Assembly: GCA_048213135.1 (NCBI GenBank)
Contig: PS015078.1
Span: 45,309-109,308 of the forward strand
Length of the DNA: 64,000 bases
Direction of reading: 5' to 3'
DNA from: Reclinomonas americana ATCC 50394
Taxonomy: Eukaryota
Part shown: positions 61,201-64,000 of the stretch, one piece after another
How the letters are laid out: the number at the start of each line of letters is the position of its first letter
Numbering within the stretch: position 1 is the first letter of the stretch
Notes under the pieces: model-generated
Seen by the model: only the letters and a program-made list of their open reading frames with translations
Told to the model about the DNA's origin: nothing
Database searches by the model: none
Program-made: the position numbers and the translations under genes

Positions 61201-64000
61201 TGCGTGGTCATAGTGGCCAACCACGAATGACCGTGCTTGAACATTCGAACCAACTGAGTTCCAGCACGCACTATGGCATACTGCCGACGCCGAGCCTCGA
61301 TCAGACGAGTCACAATCGCTGTTGCACAATGCTTCAGCGACACACAGGCGGGTGCAGGCACAGACACGGAGACACACCCTTGAAATGCGCAATTACTTCG
61401 CTGTGTCGACGCAGTTGTTGAACAAGATCAGGATCACGGATATCCTTATTGCTTTCCACTCTGCCATGGTCTCCGGGAGACTGTGGTCTTAGTGCAACGG
61501 AGGGAGCAACATCGCGATTCGCCTTGAGAGGAAGAGATAGAAGTCAGAGGGTGATTTTGACGAGTGTCCCGGGTGGTGCACGCAACGCGTACCTCGAGCA
61601 TCAAAGCGGGCACAATCTTGCTCTTGGATACCACCAGGCTTCTTGCAGTTTCCAGCATCCGCGATGGAACTGCTGACACTGCGATGCACAATGACACGTG
61701 ATGCTTAGTGTGAGACGAGAAACCGCTGACATCCTCAACAGTTCACCAGCCGGTGGACTGGGCGCATATGGCAGCAGAGATGGGCGTCTCGCGACTATCG
61801 ATGGTGAATCCAACAAGAGGCGCTGGTGACGAAAAGTTTAGAGAAATGCACCCACAAACAAAGATGTGTGCGCGCGTTCCGCTGACCTCCGCAGACTTCT
61901 GCCGGTCGCCAGTCGGCAAACTCGACTCACTCTCCGCCCTCGCACACGGGGTTGCATGTGATGGCCNNNNNNNNNNNNNNNNNNNNNNNNNNNNNNNNNN
62001 NNNNNNNNNNNNNNNNNNCCGGCGCTGTCGTCAACATTGTGTGCGCCTGCAACCACATGACAGACTTCACTGTCGATGCGAGCGACGTGTTTGACATTCA
62101 GTTCACATTTGCAAGCCCGCTGGATGTGGGTGCGTTCTTTTCTGGTTCCGTCGCACACATCCTCCAGTCGTGGACGCTTTGGGTGCTTGCTGCTGTCCAT
62201 GTGTTCTATGCGGTGGCCTGGTGCATTCTCTACCGCTGGGACCTCAGCCGTGATCGAGTTCTTCGACGTTACGAGTCGCTCAAGTTGCTGGCACAGGAGA
62301 GAGTGGTGAGTACTTGCGTTCTTTGTTTCGCTTGTTTGTGAGTTGTGCGAGTGACTGATCAACAACGCACGCTCAGGCATGGCATCAGCAGGAGCGAGGA
62401 CCATTTTGCGGGAAATTCAGTTTTGCCGAACTCGTAAAAGAAGTGTGGCGGCACCAGTACGGCGCCGAGCTTGCCAAGGAGGTGTTGCCTGTCGGCTTCA
62501 TGACCAGGTTAACAAGGGATGGCAACCTCTCTGTTCTTGAAGCCCGCTACTCACTATACAATCTGGTGGTGTGCGTGTAGGGTTTCAGAGCAATCGGCAG
62601 AGACTGGACCACCAAAGACCAATATCGCGTCTGCCTCGTCAGCTACGGGGAGCTCGTCGTCTGACGACGCGTTGTCGGAGCCCGATGATCGTACTTCATC
62701 ATCTCTGGCGCTGTCGCATTCACCACCGTCGTCGCCACTGTCGTTTGCTCCCGACAATCCCCTTCCACACGCAGTACCTCTTGGTGTGACATTGAGGCNN
62801 NNNNNNNNNNNNNNNNNNCCTGGACCTGCGAAACAATGATGGCTTGTTTAGCAAGAGAGGGCATCTCACGGAGCTCGGACAGGAAGCCGTCTTCCAGCAC
62901 CTTTAAGTACGAGCGACAACCATCGGCGCTCCACTTGCCCGTCAGTGTCGACCAATACACGCACATGTCGAGGCGCTGCGGATTGACTGCAAGAGTGGTA
63001 TTTGACGAGGTAGCGGCGGTGGAATTCGTCGTAGACGGCGCCCCCCGCGAACACATATTGAACAGCGGTACGAGCTGAACAGATGTGCTGAATGTGTAGC
63101 TCCCCGGGTTGCACGACTGCATGTAACGCAGCGTGTTGTTCTGTGCGCAGCAGCACTCTACTGAGTGAGTATCGCGTCTGGAAGAGAGAGAGCACAGCGG
63201 ATAGGAGCACCGCCCACCAGCTGCCCGGCGATCTGCTCGCCCAGAGTCCTGTTCGTGCCGCCGAGTTGAAAGTAAAACCACTCCGTCAGATTTGATACTG
63301 AGATTGATGATGAATCCGCCGCGTCAATCAACTTGAAGGTGTGGATGGAGGTGAGCAGCTGGGCTGTCTTGTTACTGCCCTGATTCACGGTGCCGGTACC
63401 AAGTGCGTCGTACGGATTCGTGCCGGCAGCGAACATGGTCGAGATGTACACGGCACTGTCACTGCGCCCACCAACAACGGACGCAAATGAACGCGGAAAG
63501 GCGAAGGATGAAGCCGCCGATGTAGAGTCGCTTGCAGCATCGAACTGAGGCAGAGCTTCCAAGACCGTCGTCGCGTTGTTGTTGTCTACGAACTTGACGG
63601 CGCTGGCGGCAGTCGGTGGCTGCTCGGCTGAGAAGTGCGCTGCCTCCATTGTGAAGGTGGAACCAACAAAGCGAGCAGGTGCATCACCGGGAACCTGCGG
63701 TTGGATTGCATGTCGAAATGTAAGACAAGAAGGCGTACTGCGCGAGCCCCTCTTTCAGCATACCTGCACCGCCACCGCAGTGGTGAGCACTTGCTCTGCC
63801 GACTTTGTGAGTCGGCTGCCCAAGGGACTTGTATCCACAACTTGAGCGATTCCGGGCAGTGTCGCAGCGAGGCGATCGGCAAGTTGCAGTATCGTAGCAG
63901 CAGGCGTATTCTGACTCACGATTGATGACTTCGACACGGCCTCGGATGATGAAACAATGGCTCCAATGACCGCGATGCGCTCCGTTTGAGGAAGCTGCGG
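58266..64000 (-). CDS. Polycystin-1/REJ-like large membrane protein with GPS (GAIN) motif; 5' end lies outside the window
   Basis: CVYWSTLTGKWSADGC followed (on the inverted contig) by CACNHMTDF and a TM helix. C-terminal TM cluster VIGLIIG..YVLPP..FAGFAF and AYTLIWALGLFLTY..SVLGDVFINEPVK. Confidence 0.75.
62019..62798 (+). CDS. Inverted gap-flanked contig carrying the GPS cleavage motif and first TM of the polycystin-like gene
   Basis: Plus-strand GAVVNIVCACNHMTDF...WVLAAVHVFYAVAWCILYRWD sits inside an otherwise minus-strand gene, between N gaps 61967-62018 and 62799-62818. Confidence 0.85.

Noticed and set aside
61967-62818. Programmed gene scrambling or an invertible switch
   Set aside because: Both inverted segments are bounded exactly by assembly gaps and show no inverted repeats or recombinase gene, so an assembly artefact is simpler.
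1-64000. Alternative genetic code or stop-codon readthrough
   Set aside because: TAA, TAG and TGA all terminate conserved genes, and apparent in-frame stops fall inside identifiable introns.
1-64000. Many long overlapping or antisense ORFs in the six-frame track, and ORFs running through N gaps
   Set aside because: These are expected from high GC content, codon bias on the opposite strand and untranslatable Ns. None shows independent protein motifs.
1-64000. CRISPR arrays, transposons, tRNA/rRNA/snRNA genes
   Set aside because: No spaced direct repeats, terminal repeats, transposase/RT motifs or recognisable structured-RNA signatures were found by eye. Small ncRNAs cannot be excluded without covariance-model searches.

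Overview
Gene-dense, intron-rich, GC-rich nuclear DNA from a eukaryote, probably a flagellated, mitochondrion-bearing protist. It uses the standard code and has mostly 55-90 nt introns, (TG)n/(TC)n microsatellites and several N gaps. About 22 multi-exon genes were reconstructed by eye: a large coiled-coil protein, a DMT transporter, an atypical membrane-fused cytochrome P450, two TOM1/GPR137-like proteins, a MAP70-like protein, AKAP14-like, exocyst Sec6 and Sec15, an MFS transporter, GH85 ENGase, an Eis-like acetyltransferase, mitochondrial AspRS, TMEM104-like, Ska1, TBC-TLDc, an NDP-sugar epimerase, a PaaI thioesterase, Cdt2, a CRAL-TRIO protein and a partial polycystin-1/GPS-like protein. 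The strongest signal is a very abundant second class of 5' splice site, GTTNNG (mostly GTTGCG[T]). It has the conserved G at +6 rather than +5 and always follows a non-G exon base, i.e. a +1-shifted donor consensus. Other highlights are the non-plant MAP70-like protein, the P450 lacking ExxR, a PH-like domain fused to Sec15, and two small gap-flanked contigs that are inverted relative to their genes. Family calls are from recalled motifs, not database searches. Gene ends and exon joins are manual inferences.
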